Shown: in pieces, positions 18,415-28,601 of the stretch
How the letters are laid out: every line of letters starts with the position of its first letter
How positions within the stretch are numbered: the first letter of the stretch is position 1
Notes under the pieces: model-generated
Told to the model about the DNA's origin: nothing
The model's input: only the letters and a program-made list of their open reading frames with translations
Databases searched by the model: none
Source of the DNA: a virus
Strand: one strand, 5' to 3'
Length of the DNA stretch: 64,000 bases
IMG/VR virus record: IMGVR_UViG_3300047157_000243
Location: 1-64,000 of that record
Translations under genes and position numbers: made by a program

Positions 18415-21187
18415 CAAAGGTTATATTGTTTGGGATTTAAAAAGCAAAAGTTTTTCTAGAAAATTTATACCTAATGATTTTGGTTTTTCAAGTCTTCACA
18501 TCTCTAAAGGTGAATTATTTGAAGATAGGATAGAAGATTTAAAACTTTCTCACAATCCTAAAAAAACAAAAGTTTCTGTTACTTGGGAAACGTTTCAAGA
18601 AGATTACTCTGTAGAAAAAGAGAAGCAGATAGAAAGGTTGATAAAAAATAGGTATGGATGCGAGGTGATAAACGTTAATTGTAAGCACATAAGTAAGGAA
18701 GGCGAGATAGATGACATTAACATTGATGAAGATAAAGATTACTCAAAAATAGAAGAATTTGAGACTTTGTTGAAGAATTTTGTTGACAACAGCGAATATG
18801 ATAACGAGGAAGAGGTTTTAAATTTATCCAGAAAAATAGATGAAGAATTAAACCATTCTTCCGAAAAGGGAAAAAAGTGGTTTTTAAATAGTTTAGAAGT
18901 TTGGAATTTATTCGGATTTCCAGAAAGTAAAACAACTTTTAATTTCAACGAACTTTCTGGAGTTACTGGTATTTTTGGGAAAAACTTTAGCGGAAAAACC
19001 AATATCATTAGAGCTTTTGTTTGGATTGCTTATAGAAAAATGTTAGGAGGAGGAGAGGCCTACAGGTTGACAAATATGTACACAGAAAGCGACAAGGCTG
19101 GTGGTCGTATTTATTTAACTATTGATTCTCAAAAGTATTATATAGAAAGGACGGTTAAAGTTAGGACTAAAAAAGATGGAAGTCCTGACGTTTCTTATGG
19201 TGTTGAATACAAAATTCTAAAAGAAAATTCTGAAGGCAAAAAGACTTGGGTTTCAATAGATTCAGATAAAGCAGCAACCGAGAAAACTGAAAGAAATAAT
19301 ATTATAGTAGAATCAATAGGTACATTTGATGATTTCACCAAAACAGTACTACAAGCACAAGGAGGCGAAGGCAACTTTTTAGACATGAGCCAGCAGCCCA
19401 AAAATGATTTAATAAATAAATATCTTGGCCTTGAAGTGTTTAGAGATAGATATGAGTATGCAAAACGAATTTTTAATGACATAAAATCGAAACAAAAGTT
19501 TTTAGGAAACTCAAAAGAACATCAGGAATCTATTAAAAAAGAAGACGACTTAATAGAAGAAAATAATGTTTTATTAAAGAAGTATCAAACTGAAAGGGTG
19601 GATACAGACAAGTTGGTTGAATCTCAAGAATACAAAATTAGAGACTTAACAAAATCTATAATAAAAGTAGAAAATACAAAATATTCTGATATAGAATCTG
19701 CTAAAAAATCAATTGATAGCACAGTGGAGGCGTTGAATGAAAAGTTGGAACTAGAGTCAGAACTGACTAAATGGGTATCATCCAACTTCAAAAAAGAACT
19801 TCCAAAAGATTCTGCTTTAGGGCTTGTTAAAATTCAAGACAATCTCAAAACAGAAAGAAGTTTATTTGAATCAGAAAAAAAGGAATATACTTCTTTGAGT
19901 TCTTGGATTGATAATAATCAATTACAAAAAGATGTAGATATTGAGCCTGTCAAACAAAAGGTTTTAAGTACTGAATCAGCCTTGTTGAAATTAAAAAATA
20001 AATTAGAAATATCTAAAGGAAAAAAATGTCCGACATGTGGAAATGTAGAGCAAAAACCAGATTTAAACCTAGAAAAACAGTGTAACAAAGATATTGAAAG
20101 AGGTGAGAAGTTTTTGTTAGAAAGGCAAGATGAAATTAAAAATGCCAACCAAATTAGTAAACATAACATATTTTTTGGAAAACAAGAAAATAAGTTAGGC
20201 TCTTTTAAAAACTCTCTAAAAGAGCGTAAAATTAAGATAGATAATTTGAAGAAAGATTTAGAATTGTCTCAAAAAATTGATGTAATTACCAAGCATAATG
20301 ATTTAGTAGAATCTAAAAGTAGGTCTCTAGAAAAAGTAAAAGAAGATATTTTAATATTGAAAAAAACGATTGAAGATGTAGAAAAAGAAATTGACATACT
20401 AAAGTCTAATAAAGAATCAATTGAAAAAAATAGTGAAATAAACACTCAAATAAAACTAAATGAAGATGAGAAAAAATCTTTGAAACTTATAATAAATCAA
20501 TTAAATGAAAAAGTAACTTCCATTAAATCTGATATAAAAGTTTCTACAAGCAACAAAGAGAATTTGAAAGACAAAATTGAAACAATTAAGAAAGCGGAGT
20601 CTTCATATAGCAAATATGCTATTTACCTACAGGCTGTTCATAGAGATGGTATACCTGCTAGGATAATAAGACAAAAACTGCCTATAATAAATTATAAAAT
20701 TAACTCTATATTAAAAAATTTAGTTGACTTTAAAGTTGAAATGATTATAAAAAACAATGGAGATATAAAAGAATTCTTTTATTTTAATTCTTTGGAAAAA
20801 GATGCTTTGCCAATAAGCATGGCTTCAGGTGCACAAAAGTTTATAGGAAGTGTAGCAATAAGAGACTCTCTTCATTTTGTTAGCTCACTAACCAAACCAT
20901 CTCTGTGTATAATAGATGAAGGGTTTGGGGCTTTGGATGACGAATTGACTATAGCTATACAGTCTGTATTCTATTATTTAAAGGCTAAATATAAAAACAC
21001 ATGGATTATAACTCATAAAAATGAAATTAAAGATTTTGTTGATAATATAATTCAAGTATCTAAAAACAAATCAACATTAACAGAAGAACAATTAAAAGAA
21101 AATCCTAGAGCTGGGGTATCTGTTTTCGATTTAAATAATAGACATCAAAACAAAAACAAAGATATTTCTAAGGAAGTTTCTTTTTAA
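18362..21187 (+). CDS. sbcC: Rad50/SbcC ATPase (C-terminal part of a probable fusion)
   Basis: Walker A GKNFSGKT, coiled coil with CPTCG zinc hook, signature ASGAQ, Walker B IIDEGFG, H-loop ITH; begins with the Mre11 tail (TIDKGYIVWDL). Confidence 0.88.
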   Translation: MSHTQAHLYSKIMEKTIDKGYIVWDLKSKSFSRKFIPNDFGFSSLHISKGELFEDRIEDLKLSHNPKKTKVSVTWETFQEDYSVEKEKQIERLIKNRYGCEVINVNCKHISKEGEIDDINIDEDKDYSKIEEFETLLKNFVDNSEYDNEEEVLNLSRKIDEELNHSSEKGKKWFLNSLEVWNLFGFPESKTTFNFNELSGVTGIFGKNFSGKTNIIRAFVWIAYRKMLGGGEAYRLTNMYTESDKAGGRIYLTIDSQKYYIERTVKVRTKKDGSPDVSYGVEYKILKENSEGKKTWVSIDSDKAATEKTERNNIIVESIGTFDDFTKTVLQAQGGEGNFLDMSQQPKNDLINKYLGLEVFRDRYEYAKRIFNDIKSKQKFLGNSKEHQESIKKEDDLIEENNVLLKKYQTERVDTDKLVESQEYKIRDLTKSIIKVENTKYSDIESAKKSIDSTVEALNEKLELESELTKWVSSNFKKELPKDSALGLVKIQDNLKTERSLFESEKKEYTSLSSWIDNNQLQKDVDIEPVKQKVLSTESALLKLKNKLEISKGKKCPTCGNVEQKPDLNLEKQCNKDIERGEKFLLERQDEIKNANQISKHNIFFGKQENKLGSFKNSLKERKIKIDNLKKDLELSQKIDVITKHNDLVESKSRSLEKVKEDILILKKTIEDVEKEIDILKSNKESIEKNSEINTQIKLNEDEKKSLKLIINQLNEKVTSIKSDIKVSTSNKENLKDKIETIKKAESSYSKYAIYLQAVHRDGIPARIIRQKLPIINYKINSILKNLVDFKVEMIIKNNGDIKEFFYFNSLEKDALPISMASGAQKFIGSVAIRDSLHFVSSLTKPSLCIIDEGFGALDDELTIAIQSVFYYLKAKYKNTWIITHKNEIKDFVDNIIQVSKNKSTLTEEQLKENPRAGVSVFDLNNRHQNKNKDISKEVSF

Positions 21188-21780
21188 ATTCTAGTCTCTG
21201 GATTTTCGTATGGTTGCTCTAAATCCCTAGCGCCAGCTTCTTTAAACCTTCTTACTTTAGACCTTAATTCTCCTGCTTCCTTTTGTTTTTCTAAAAATTG
21301 TTTTTGATACTGCTGCGCTTTAGTCAGTTTAAAACTTACTTCAACAGTGCTCATCCCTCTGTCGTTTGGGTTGTATTTTTCTGGGTTGAAGTCAAAGAAG
21401 TCCCCAGTAAACCACATGCCTCTAATGTTGCTAGCCTTAAAAAGTCTCCAAACATTTTTAGCTTCTGCACTACGAACATTTATAGACTTAGATTCAGATT
21501 CTGATTGACCAACCTTATGAACGGCTCTTATAACACGATTCCCAGCTTTAGACATTCCCATAGCAACAGGATATATTAGCCTATACTTACCAGAAGGTGC
21601 TATCATATCATCTCCTTTATATAATATTCCAACTTCTCTTCCTTGAAGTATTGCTTGAGTCATCAAATCTACATTAAAAGGAATCCTAGTGTTGCTTGCA
21701 GTAAAATTATCTACATTCTCTTTTATAGCTATACCAGCTAGTTTCTGAGCTCTTTTTATATAAGATTCAGATAAAATCAT
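21184..21780 (-). CDS. WYL-like domain protein with N-terminal LSESY..R..LAGI tag
   Basis: I.Y.......R.IYP..MG......IRA ... WRLFK pattern. Confidence 0.55.
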   Translation of the reverse strand: MILSESYIKRAQKLAGIAIKENVDNFTASNTRIPFNVDLMTQAILQGREVGILYKGDDMIAPSGKYRLIYPVAMGMSKAGNRVIRAVHKVGQSESESKSINVRSAEAKNVWRLFKASNIRGMWFTGDFFDFNPEKYNPNDRGMSTVEVSFKLTKAQQYQKQFLEKQKEAGELRSKVRRFKEAGARDLEQPYENPETRI

Positions 21781-22931
21781 TTTTTCTTTTTCTTGGCTTT
21801 CGATTTCTTTGCTTTAGCCCACAAATCGGCATCTGCTTTTCTAGCGCCTCCAGAGCCAGTAATAAAACTATTTACGCGACCCATAGCCCACTGATTTTGC
21901 GCAACCCCAGGCCTGTGACCAGTTCTCCACGCAGCCATACCTCTGTTATACACTTGCTTTAATATAGTAAAAGATATGCCAGAAGATTTGGCTTTACTCT
22001 TTAATCCTTTATCATTATTTTTAGATTCTTTTATAACATCTTGACTGCTTGGCATTATAGATATTCCATATTTTTTATTAAGAATCTTTTCTAATGCAAT
22101 AGGTATAGCCATTGAAACTGAGCCTAAAGCCATTACACCAATTATTTTACCTAAGTCTTTTGATTGTTCTTTTAAAAACTTTATTTCCTCTTTCGTAACA
22201 TCTTTTTTCGCAAGTATTTTTTTGCATATTTTAAATGCCTGAACAGTTTCCTTTTTCTCTCTTGAAGCAGCCTCTTTAAACTTATTAAAAGAATCAACCA
22301 GCTTATTTTTTTTATCTTTTATTAATTTGTTAAATCCTTCGCCATACATTTTTTTATAAGCCAAAGTCGCGTCACTTTTTTTTGTATTTTCACCCTTATC
22401 AGCTTTCCATTGCTTAGTGTATGCAGAAGGGTCAGATGACTTTTTGTGAGCAAACTTATCTATCTCTTTTTTCATTTGAGACCTTTTGTTCTTAGACTTA
22501 GATGTAAGATATTTGCCAGCTACTTTTCTTCCTTTTTTTGTTCTAGAGTCTTTACCTCTATTTTCTAAAAATAGACTTAATGTTTCTGATATAATTTTTT
22601 GTAAATTGATTTCAATATTAGATAAGTCCGTTTTATAAATTTTTACTTCCAAATCTCCACTACCTTTTATTAGTCTATGAAACTTTTCTGACTCTATAAA
22701 TATCGGTCTTTCAGGAGTTAAATTTTGCGGAATTTCGTTATCTATTTGTATTTGCCAATCACTTTCGTGCAAAGGGAATATAATTCTATCTTCCTTATCT
22801 CTATGCCAAACCAACTCGTTTTCATTTAATGAATTAGAAAAATTTCTAACAACAAACTTCCCATCTTTATTTTCATCAAACGGTAAGTTGTTTTTTTTAC
22901 TTTTATTACTTTCTTCCATTTCTACCACCAT
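21777..22931 (-). CDS. Multidomain protein: cupin-like N-terminus + DUF5824-like C-terminus
   Basis: ELVWHRD.EDR...WQIQIDNE.P...HRLIKG; LKQVYNRGMAAWRTGHRPG..Q.QWAMGRVNSF. Confidence 0.6.
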   Translation of the reverse strand: MVVEMEESNKSKKNNLPFDENKDGKFVVRNFSNSLNENELVWHRDKEDRIIFPLHESDWQIQIDNEIPQNLTPERPIFIESEKFHRLIKGSGDLEVKIYKTDLSNIEINLQKIISETLSLFLENRGKDSRTKKGRKVAGKYLTSKSKNKRSQMKKEIDKFAHKKSSDPSAYTKQWKADKGENTKKSDATLAYKKMYGEGFNKLIKDKKNKLVDSFNKFKEAASREKKETVQAFKICKKILAKKDVTKEEIKFLKEQSKDLGKIIGVMALGSVSMAIPIALEKILNKKYGISIMPSSQDVIKESKNNDKGLKSKAKSSGISFTILKQVYNRGMAAWRTGHRPGVAQNQWAMGRVNSFITGSGGARKADADLWAKAKKSKAKKKKK

Positions 22932-23542
22932 TTACCTTCTCCACTTAAGCCTAGCATTTTTGCATATCTAGGTAGTCTACAAGACCAGTAGCCAGGCATA
23001 GTTTTATCGTTCTTTGTTTTACAATTGTGCCTATCAGCAAATCTTTTTCTCGCATCAGAGTCTTTTAATTTAACTGCTAATTTACCCCCTCCATCTTTGG
23101 CTCCAAATGAAACTTTAACAACCTTTCCAGTAGAAGGGTCTTTTACAAATACATAAAACTTTTTGCTACCCCCTCTTTTAGGTTTGTTTAATTTTACTTT
23201 TTTGCCTTTGTATTTAGCTTCATCTAATTTAGAAAAATTTTCTTCAAATGGCAAATCTAAAATAACAACTTGACCTCTATATTCACCTGTTAGACCAGCA
23301 TCACTTTTAATAATACCCTCATCACACTCACAAAGTACAATAGAGTCCCTATTGTATAATGACCTAACTTCTTTTATTAAGTTCATGTGTTTATCTGAAG
23401 CATATCTATATATTGAGTTGTGAACGCTTATATCATTATCTATATGATATTTTAACTCATAACTTATATCGGATTTAGACTCTTTAATAATCATAATTTC
23501 CTTAAGCTCAGTTTCTAATATTTCTGATATAAATTTTTTCAT
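22922..23542 (-). CDS. DUF6321-like basic phage protein
   Basis: KVKLNKPKRGGSKKFYVFVKDP...KVSFG...ARKRFADRHNC.......YWSC. Confidence 0.6.
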   Translation of the reverse strand: MKKFISEILETELKEIMIIKESKSDISYELKYHIDNDISVHNSIYRYASDKHMNLIKEVRSLYNRDSIVLCECDEGIIKSDAGLTGEYRGQVVILDLPFEENFSKLDEAKYKGKKVKLNKPKRGGSKKFYVFVKDPSTGKVVKVSFGAKDGGGKLAVKLKDSDARKRFADRHNCKTKNDKTMPGYWSCRLPRYAKMLGLSGEGKWW

Positions 23543-23604
23543 TTACTTTATAAATAATCTATTAGATAAATAGTTGGAATTTTATAAAAATTTTGATATA
23601 TTGC

Positions 23605-24465
23605 ATGATTATAATGTCATCTTCTAAAATTACAAAAATAAGTTATTCTGCATACTCTTTATATAAGAATTGTGGACATAGGTATTATCTGGAGAATATA
23701 ATAGAAGCTCCTGATTTCATACCTTCTATATACGCCTACTTTGGAGATGCTATGCACGATTCATTAAGGAAGGGTGTAGAGCACAGTCTGAATGAAGAAG
23801 AGAGAATAAATAATTTTATTTATGTATTCAAAAAGTTGGTGATGGATAATTTACAAAACCACTCAGAATTTGCAAAATTAAAAGAGTTTACAGAACAAGG
23901 AATAGAGATACTTAAGATAGTACCTACCGAAAGGCTGTCTGAAAAATATATTTTTATAGGTGCGGAAGAGTTGGTTGTAGAGTCTATGTATAAAAATTAC
24001 TCTTTTATTGGATTTATAGATTTAATTCTAAAAAATAAACTAACTGGTAAATACGTAATAATAGATTGGAAGACATCAACATTCCCTTGGGATGTCAAGC
24101 AAAAAAAGTCTGATAAAACATTTATTTCTCAAATGATGTTTTACAAGTATTTTTATGCCTTGAAAAAAAATATACCACTACAAGATGTAGATTGTAAATA
24201 TGTTGTATTAAACAGACTTAAGAAATCAGGTGATAAAGGTGGATATGGTGCAATTCAAAATGTAGAAATAGACACCGATGAGTCAGCTATGGAAGAGGCG
24301 TTAGAAGATTTGGCTAAAATAACTAGAGATATTTTTATTAAAAAAGTTTTTACTAAAGCAAAATTGGAAAAGAGGAAAGACTCTTGCAAATACTGCCCTT
24401 TTAATAAAAATTATAAATTGTGTAATGACGAAAAAAAACAAGAGCTAGATTTAGTTACCGCCTAG
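23605..24465 (+). CDS. PD-(D/E)XK nuclease (RecB/Cas4-like)
   Basis: SYS.Y..Y..C, FG..MH, GFIDL, IDWKT, C-terminal CKYCPF....C. Confidence 0.8.
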   Translation: MIIMSSSKITKISYSAYSLYKNCGHRYYLENIIEAPDFIPSIYAYFGDAMHDSLRKGVEHSLNEEERINNFIYVFKKLVMDNLQNHSEFAKLKEFTEQGIEILKIVPTERLSEKYIFIGAEELVVESMYKNYSFIGFIDLILKNKLTGKYVIIDWKTSTFPWDVKQKKSDKTFISQMMFYKYFYALKKNIPLQDVDCKYVVLNRLKKSGDKGGYGAIQNVEIDTDESAMEEALEDLAKITRDIFIKKVFTKAKLEKRKDSCKYCPFNKNYKLCNDEKKQELDLVTA

Positions 24466-24987
24466 CTTTTGAAAGTTTTTCCAATTATAAGCTCTTTTCA
24501 ATTTTTGGTATTTTTTATCTATACCTTTCACCCCTTCTTTATCTAAGTCGCCCTCATCTGCGGTTTCGTCTTTTTTTTCTGAATACCCCTTTTGTACCTT
24601 TAGGTCATAATCACTTTGAAACCAAAAATCTTCATCATCTGGATTGTAACTTCTCTTAAAATCTTTAGGTACAAATATTTGATTAAAAATATCCATGTAT
24701 ATATCAGATGCTGGAGTTGTGTCATTTGGCCCTGGTCCAACATTTTCATTAATAGAATTTTTATATTTTTTATCCCAAGCAACTTCTAAGCTTCCGTATT
24801 TTTTAACCATCCACTCTTTAAGGTCTTCTATTCTAAATTGGCCTTGTTCAGAATCAAATCCACAGACATGACATAAATTAGGGTCTGCATCTTTCTTTTC
24901 CTTTTCCCAACTATGATAGCAATTGTCACAAACAAGCAACCCAGACAGTTTTTTTAATCTATTTTTATATGATTCACTTAATAGCAT
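24451..24987 (-). CDS. Zinc-ribbon protein with N-terminal LSESYKNRLKKLSG tag
   Basis: CDNC.HSW...LCHVCG. Confidence 0.6.
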   Translation of the reverse strand: MLLSESYKNRLKKLSGLLVCDNCYHSWEKEKKDADPNLCHVCGFDSEQGQFRIEDLKEWMVKKYGSLEVAWDKKYKNSINENVGPGPNDTTPASDIYMDIFNQIFVPKDFKRSYNPDDEDFWFQSDYDLKVQKGYSEKKDETADEGDLDKEGVKGIDKKYQKLKRAYNWKNFQKLGGN

Positions 24988-24989
24988 TT

Positions 24990-25367
24990 TTATAATTCTG
25001 AAATTTTAATACTATCTCCGCTTATCTCTACTTTAAAAGTAGAAGGACAAACGTTTTCTAAATATCTCTTATAAGTTTCTAAAGAATTATTTTTATAATT
25101 TAATTCTTGGTCTACTTCTATTTGTTTTATTTTAAAACTTTCTTTGTCTTTTGGCTTCTTCCAATTTATTACATTTTTAGTATTTGAATTTTTAAGAAAA
25201 TCTAATTCATCAGTAAAATGCCAAACCACCTCCCCAGAAGCCCTTTTGTAAAACACATCTCCTCCAATGTCTCTGACTTGGTATTCGTATTGAATCACAT
25301 TTGTTGCCTCCGACAAAATGCCAGACAGTTGCATCATTCTTCCTTTATAAGATTCAGATAAATTCAC
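24990..25367 (-). CDS. Hypothetical protein with N-terminal LSESYKGRMMQLSG tag
   Basis: Likely GTG start at 25367 downstream of TATTTAT (25390-25396). Confidence 0.6.
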   Translation of the reverse strand: MNLSESYKGRMMQLSGILSEATNVIQYEYQVRDIGGDVFYKRASGEVVWHFTDELDFLKNSNTKNVINWKKPKDKESFKIKQIEVDQELNYKNNSLETYKRYLENVCPSTFKVEISGDSIKISEL

Positions 25368-25442
25368 ACTATTTAAACTAAAGTTTATTATAAATATCAA
25401 TAAACTTTACTTTTATCATTCTTAAGTTAAATTGTTTTTATA

Positions 25443-25733
25443 ATGCACACAAGAAGTCAGATAATTAATAACCAAAAACACTTTTCATATGAGATAAAAA
25501 AGTGGTTAAAAAATGACTTTTCTAACTCAAGAAAAGAGTTGAAAAAAATAGACACATACGACCAAGACATTATAGAGGCAAAAAAAGAATTAGAAATAAA
25601 GTTTCAAAATATAAAACTAGAAAAAGAAATAAAAAATTTTTTTATAAACGAAACAAATATATACCCTAAATTTTACGCTTGGTGGGACGAGCATAGTGAA
25701 AAAGTAGAAATATTTTTATATGAAAGCAAATAG
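25443..25733 (+). CDS. Hypothetical protein
   Basis: ORF behind TAAATTG (25428). Confidence 0.6.
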   Translation: MHTRSQIINNQKHFSYEIKKWLKNDFSNSRKELKKIDTYDQDIIEAKKELEIKFQNIKLEKEIKNFFINETNIYPKFYAWWDEHSEKVEIFLYESK

Positions 25734-26058
25734 AAAAAATACCAACAATGTTTTAATAGATTTAGCATACAAAGGTTCAATAAATGAATTTGAAGAGTTT
25801 TATGGATTTTCAGTAACATATCAAGAGCTTGAACAGCAAAGTTATATTGAGTTCAAAGAAATTATGTTTGAAACAGTAAATTCTAAAATAAAATTTAGAA
25901 AATACGGAAGAATAGGTAAAGTGTTGACTGTTAGAGCTGAGATGTATGATGAAGAAATTGAATTATTTGAAAATTTAATACAAAATAATAAGATTAAGAC
26001 TATTTATGATTGGATAGTAAAAGATGTTACAATTATAAAAGAAGAAGAATATGAGTAA
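25720..26058 (+). CDS. Hypothetical protein
   Basis: Overlapping ORF in operon. Confidence 0.6.
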   Translation: MKANRKNTNNVLIDLAYKGSINEFEEFYGFSVTYQELEQQSYIEFKEIMFETVNSKIKFRKYGRIGKVLTVRAEMYDEEIELFENLIQNNKIKTIYDWIVKDVTIIKEEEYE

Positions 26059-26764
26059 TAAAGGAAATACAAAAAAAGAAATGCAACAAAGATTTGCAGA
26101 TATGGGCATACCAACACCAGTTAAGCCTATAACAAACCCAAAATCAGCACCAAAAAATTCTGAGTTAGCTTCTAAGATGGACCAAATAAGAAATGGCTCA
26201 CTAGCAGGAAATTTTAAGCAATTTATATCTAAGTCAGAAAAGACATCAAGCATGCCAACAAATATACCAGTTCCTAAAGTTGGTAAGAATCCGAATGAAA
26301 AAACTAAAGACGCACCAGCACTTAGTAGCTTTACCCCAAAATCAAGCTCAGAAGCGTCTATGTTAGAAAATATGATGTATGGAACAGGACCTACAACTTC
26401 TAGTGCGCCTAGCACATCCGCAGATGTGTCAGATTTTGGGCCACAAAATGTAGATATTAGAAGTAGGCTTCAACAAAGGTTGGCACAAAAGCAAGATGAA
26501 GTCAATGACGATTCTCATTTCGCTCAACCAACTCAAGTACATGGAATTTTAGAAAATCAATTAACTGATGCTGAGCTTACTGATAAAATCACAGAAGTAG
26601 CAAAAAAAGTTTCAAAAGATATGATTAAAAATGTTATTATGGAACTTTCTAAATCTAAGGGAGGATTGATAGTGGAAAGTAAAAGCGTAAAGAAAGCAGA
26701 AATTGTAGCAAGAAACAAAGTAAAAATAGACGGAAAAGTTTATAAATTAACTTTAGATAAATAA
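26051..26764 (+). CDS. Hypothetical low-complexity protein
   Basis: Pro/Ser-rich ORF in operon. Confidence 0.65.
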   Translation: MSNKGNTKKEMQQRFADMGIPTPVKPITNPKSAPKNSELASKMDQIRNGSLAGNFKQFISKSEKTSSMPTNIPVPKVGKNPNEKTKDAPALSSFTPKSSSEASMLENMMYGTGPTTSSAPSTSADVSDFGPQNVDIRSRLQQRLAQKQDEVNDDSHFAQPTQVHGILENQLTDAELTDKITEVAKKVSKDMIKNVIMELSKSKGGLIVESKSVKKAEIVARNKVKIDGKVYKLTLDK

Positions 26765-27189
26765 TGTCAAAATCTAACTACAAAATAAAAACTGAATTGA
26801 TAAAAGACAAGCCTTTTGTAACGGTTGAAATGTCATATAAGGATAGCTTTTCTAATGATAAATATATTTTATTTGGCAGCTTAAATGAAAGTAGGGTTAA
26901 TTTCACGTTTGTAAAAAATAAAGAACAAAAGATAAATGAAGCATCTTTCTATGCTACAAATGATTTAGGCTCTAATACATTTATTGAAGAACTTTCGAAA
27001 GGAGTTAATAACTATGATTTTATTGAAGATTTTAAGAAAAATAATTTAGAAGATTTTACAAAAGAATTATCTGAATTTATTGTAAAATGTGATTCGTCAA
27101 TGATTTCTGATGGAAAAATATTTGAAGGATACAAAGATAAATTAAGAGGTATGGCTGGTATAAGTGGAATAAATAAAAATTTAAGATAA
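26764..27189 (+). CDS. Hypothetical protein with C-terminal EGYKDKLRGMAGI tag
   Basis: Stop/start-coupled ORF. Confidence 0.65.
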   Translation: MSKSNYKIKTELIKDKPFVTVEMSYKDSFSNDKYILFGSLNESRVNFTFVKNKEQKINEASFYATNDLGSNTFIEELSKGVNNYDFIEDFKKNNLEDFTKELSEFIVKCDSSMISDGKIFEGYKDKLRGMAGISGINKNLR

Positions 27190-28160
27190 TGCTAATAAAA
27201 AAGGGAAGCAAAGGAAATGAGGTAAAAGAAATACAAAAAGCCTTAGGGTTAAATGCTGATGGAATATTTGGTGCTTACACTGAAGCTGCTGTAAAAAAAT
27301 ATCAAAAACTTCAAGGTTTGAAGGATGATGGAATTGTTGGTCCAAAAACTTATGAAAAACTAATAGGAGAAAATTTAGATGCAGACACTGACAGATTTGG
27401 ATATGATGAGGCAAACGACAAAGATGATAAATTAGAATACCTAGGCTCTTACACAACGGAGGATGGTTTAGATATTGATAAAGCTTATTTAGATTCTGAC
27501 GAATATGTTAGAACTTATGGAAAAATAGAGCCAGAAAACTTTTTTATACATCATACCGCAGGATGGAACAATCCGTACAATACCATTAACTCTTGGAATA
27601 GAGACAAAAGAGGTAGGGTTGCTACTCAATATTGTATTGGAGGAATTAGTATAAAAAAGGGAAAATATGGAGATGAAAAATATGACGGTGAAGTTGTAGA
27701 ATGTTTCCCAGACGATTATATAGGTTGGCACTTAGGTAAGGTTGGGAACTTTAACATGTCAAAATACTCATCTGCTGTTGAGGTAAATAATTTTGGCTAT
27801 GTAGTAAAAAAAGGAGACAAATATTATAACTATGTAAATGTAGAAGTTCCAGAAAGTATGGTTTGTGATTTGGGTTATAAATTTAGAGGACATCAATATT
27901 GGCACGCATATACGCCAAAACAAATTGAATCTTTAAGACTGTTAATTAAACATGTTGCTAGAATTTATCCAAAAATAGATGTAACAGCTGGAATACCTCA
28001 ACTCTTAAAAGATGGAGTTGACCCCAAGGATGCATTTGAATTTAACAAAGATGCTTACTACGGAAAGGTAAAGGGATTATGGAGCCACACGTCAGTCCGT
28101 AAAGACAAATTTGATATGTTTCCCCAAAAGGAATTAGTTGACATGCTTAAAAGCCTTTAG
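27189..28160 (+). CDS. Endolysin: peptidoglycan-binding domain + N-acetylmuramoyl-L-alanine amidase
   Basis: LG..ADGIFG..TE.AVK.YQ...GL..DGIVGP.T (PG_binding_1); IHHTAG, GWHLG, AVEV, SH..VRKDK.D (Amidase_2). Confidence 0.88.
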   Translation: MLIKKGSKGNEVKEIQKALGLNADGIFGAYTEAAVKKYQKLQGLKDDGIVGPKTYEKLIGENLDADTDRFGYDEANDKDDKLEYLGSYTTEDGLDIDKAYLDSDEYVRTYGKIEPENFFIHHTAGWNNPYNTINSWNRDKRGRVATQYCIGGISIKKGKYGDEKYDGEVVECFPDDYIGWHLGKVGNFNMSKYSSAVEVNNFGYVVKKGDKYYNYVNVEVPESMVCDLGYKFRGHQYWHAYTPKQIESLRLLIKHVARIYPKIDVTAGIPQLLKDGVDPKDAFEFNKDAYYGKVKGLWSHTSVRKDKFDMFPQKELVDMLKSL

Positions 28161-28194
28161 TCAATACTTAATTTTTGGTTCATATTTATTATAT

Positions 28195-28404
28195 ATGAAA
28201 GACTTTTATGTAATATCAGAATCTAACAATAAACCTCTTACTAAAACGGAAATCAAGAAGATTGTTAAAGCCGAAATAGAAAGAGCTTTAAATAAGGCTA
28301 AAATTTTAGACAAAGAAGATGTTAGAAAGGTTGTAAAAGATATGATGATAAAACAATACAAGTTTTTCTGGGAGAAAAAAAGTTTTTGGGTAAACAATAT
28401 TTAA
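28195..28404 (+). CDS. Small helical protein (tag-like EIKKIVKAEI)
   Basis: ATG 28195 is 5 nt after TATTTAT. Confidence 0.6.
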   Translation: MKDFYVISESNNKPLTKTEIKKIVKAEIERALNKAKILDKEDVRKVVKDMMIKQYKFFWEKKSFWVNNI

Positions 28405-28405
28405 A

Positions 28406-28600
28406 ATGAACAAAAAACAATTAAAGAATTTAATAGACACAGAAGTGTCAAAAGTTTTTTCTGATATGACATCAAAAGAACCAGAAAAAGAAATGAGAGA
28501 AACTAAAAAAGTTAAATCTTCACCAAAAAAAACAAGTCTAACAGAAGAAGAGTTAGATGATATATTGTTTTACGGAGGAAAAAAGAAAAAAGAAAATTAA
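28406..28600 (+). CDS. Small hypothetical protein (MNKKQLKNLIDTEV)
   Basis: ORF in operon. Confidence 0.55.
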   Translation: MNKKQLKNLIDTEVSKVFSDMTSKEPEKEMRETKKVKSSPKKTSLTEEELDDILFYGGKKKKEN

Positions 28601-28601
28601 A

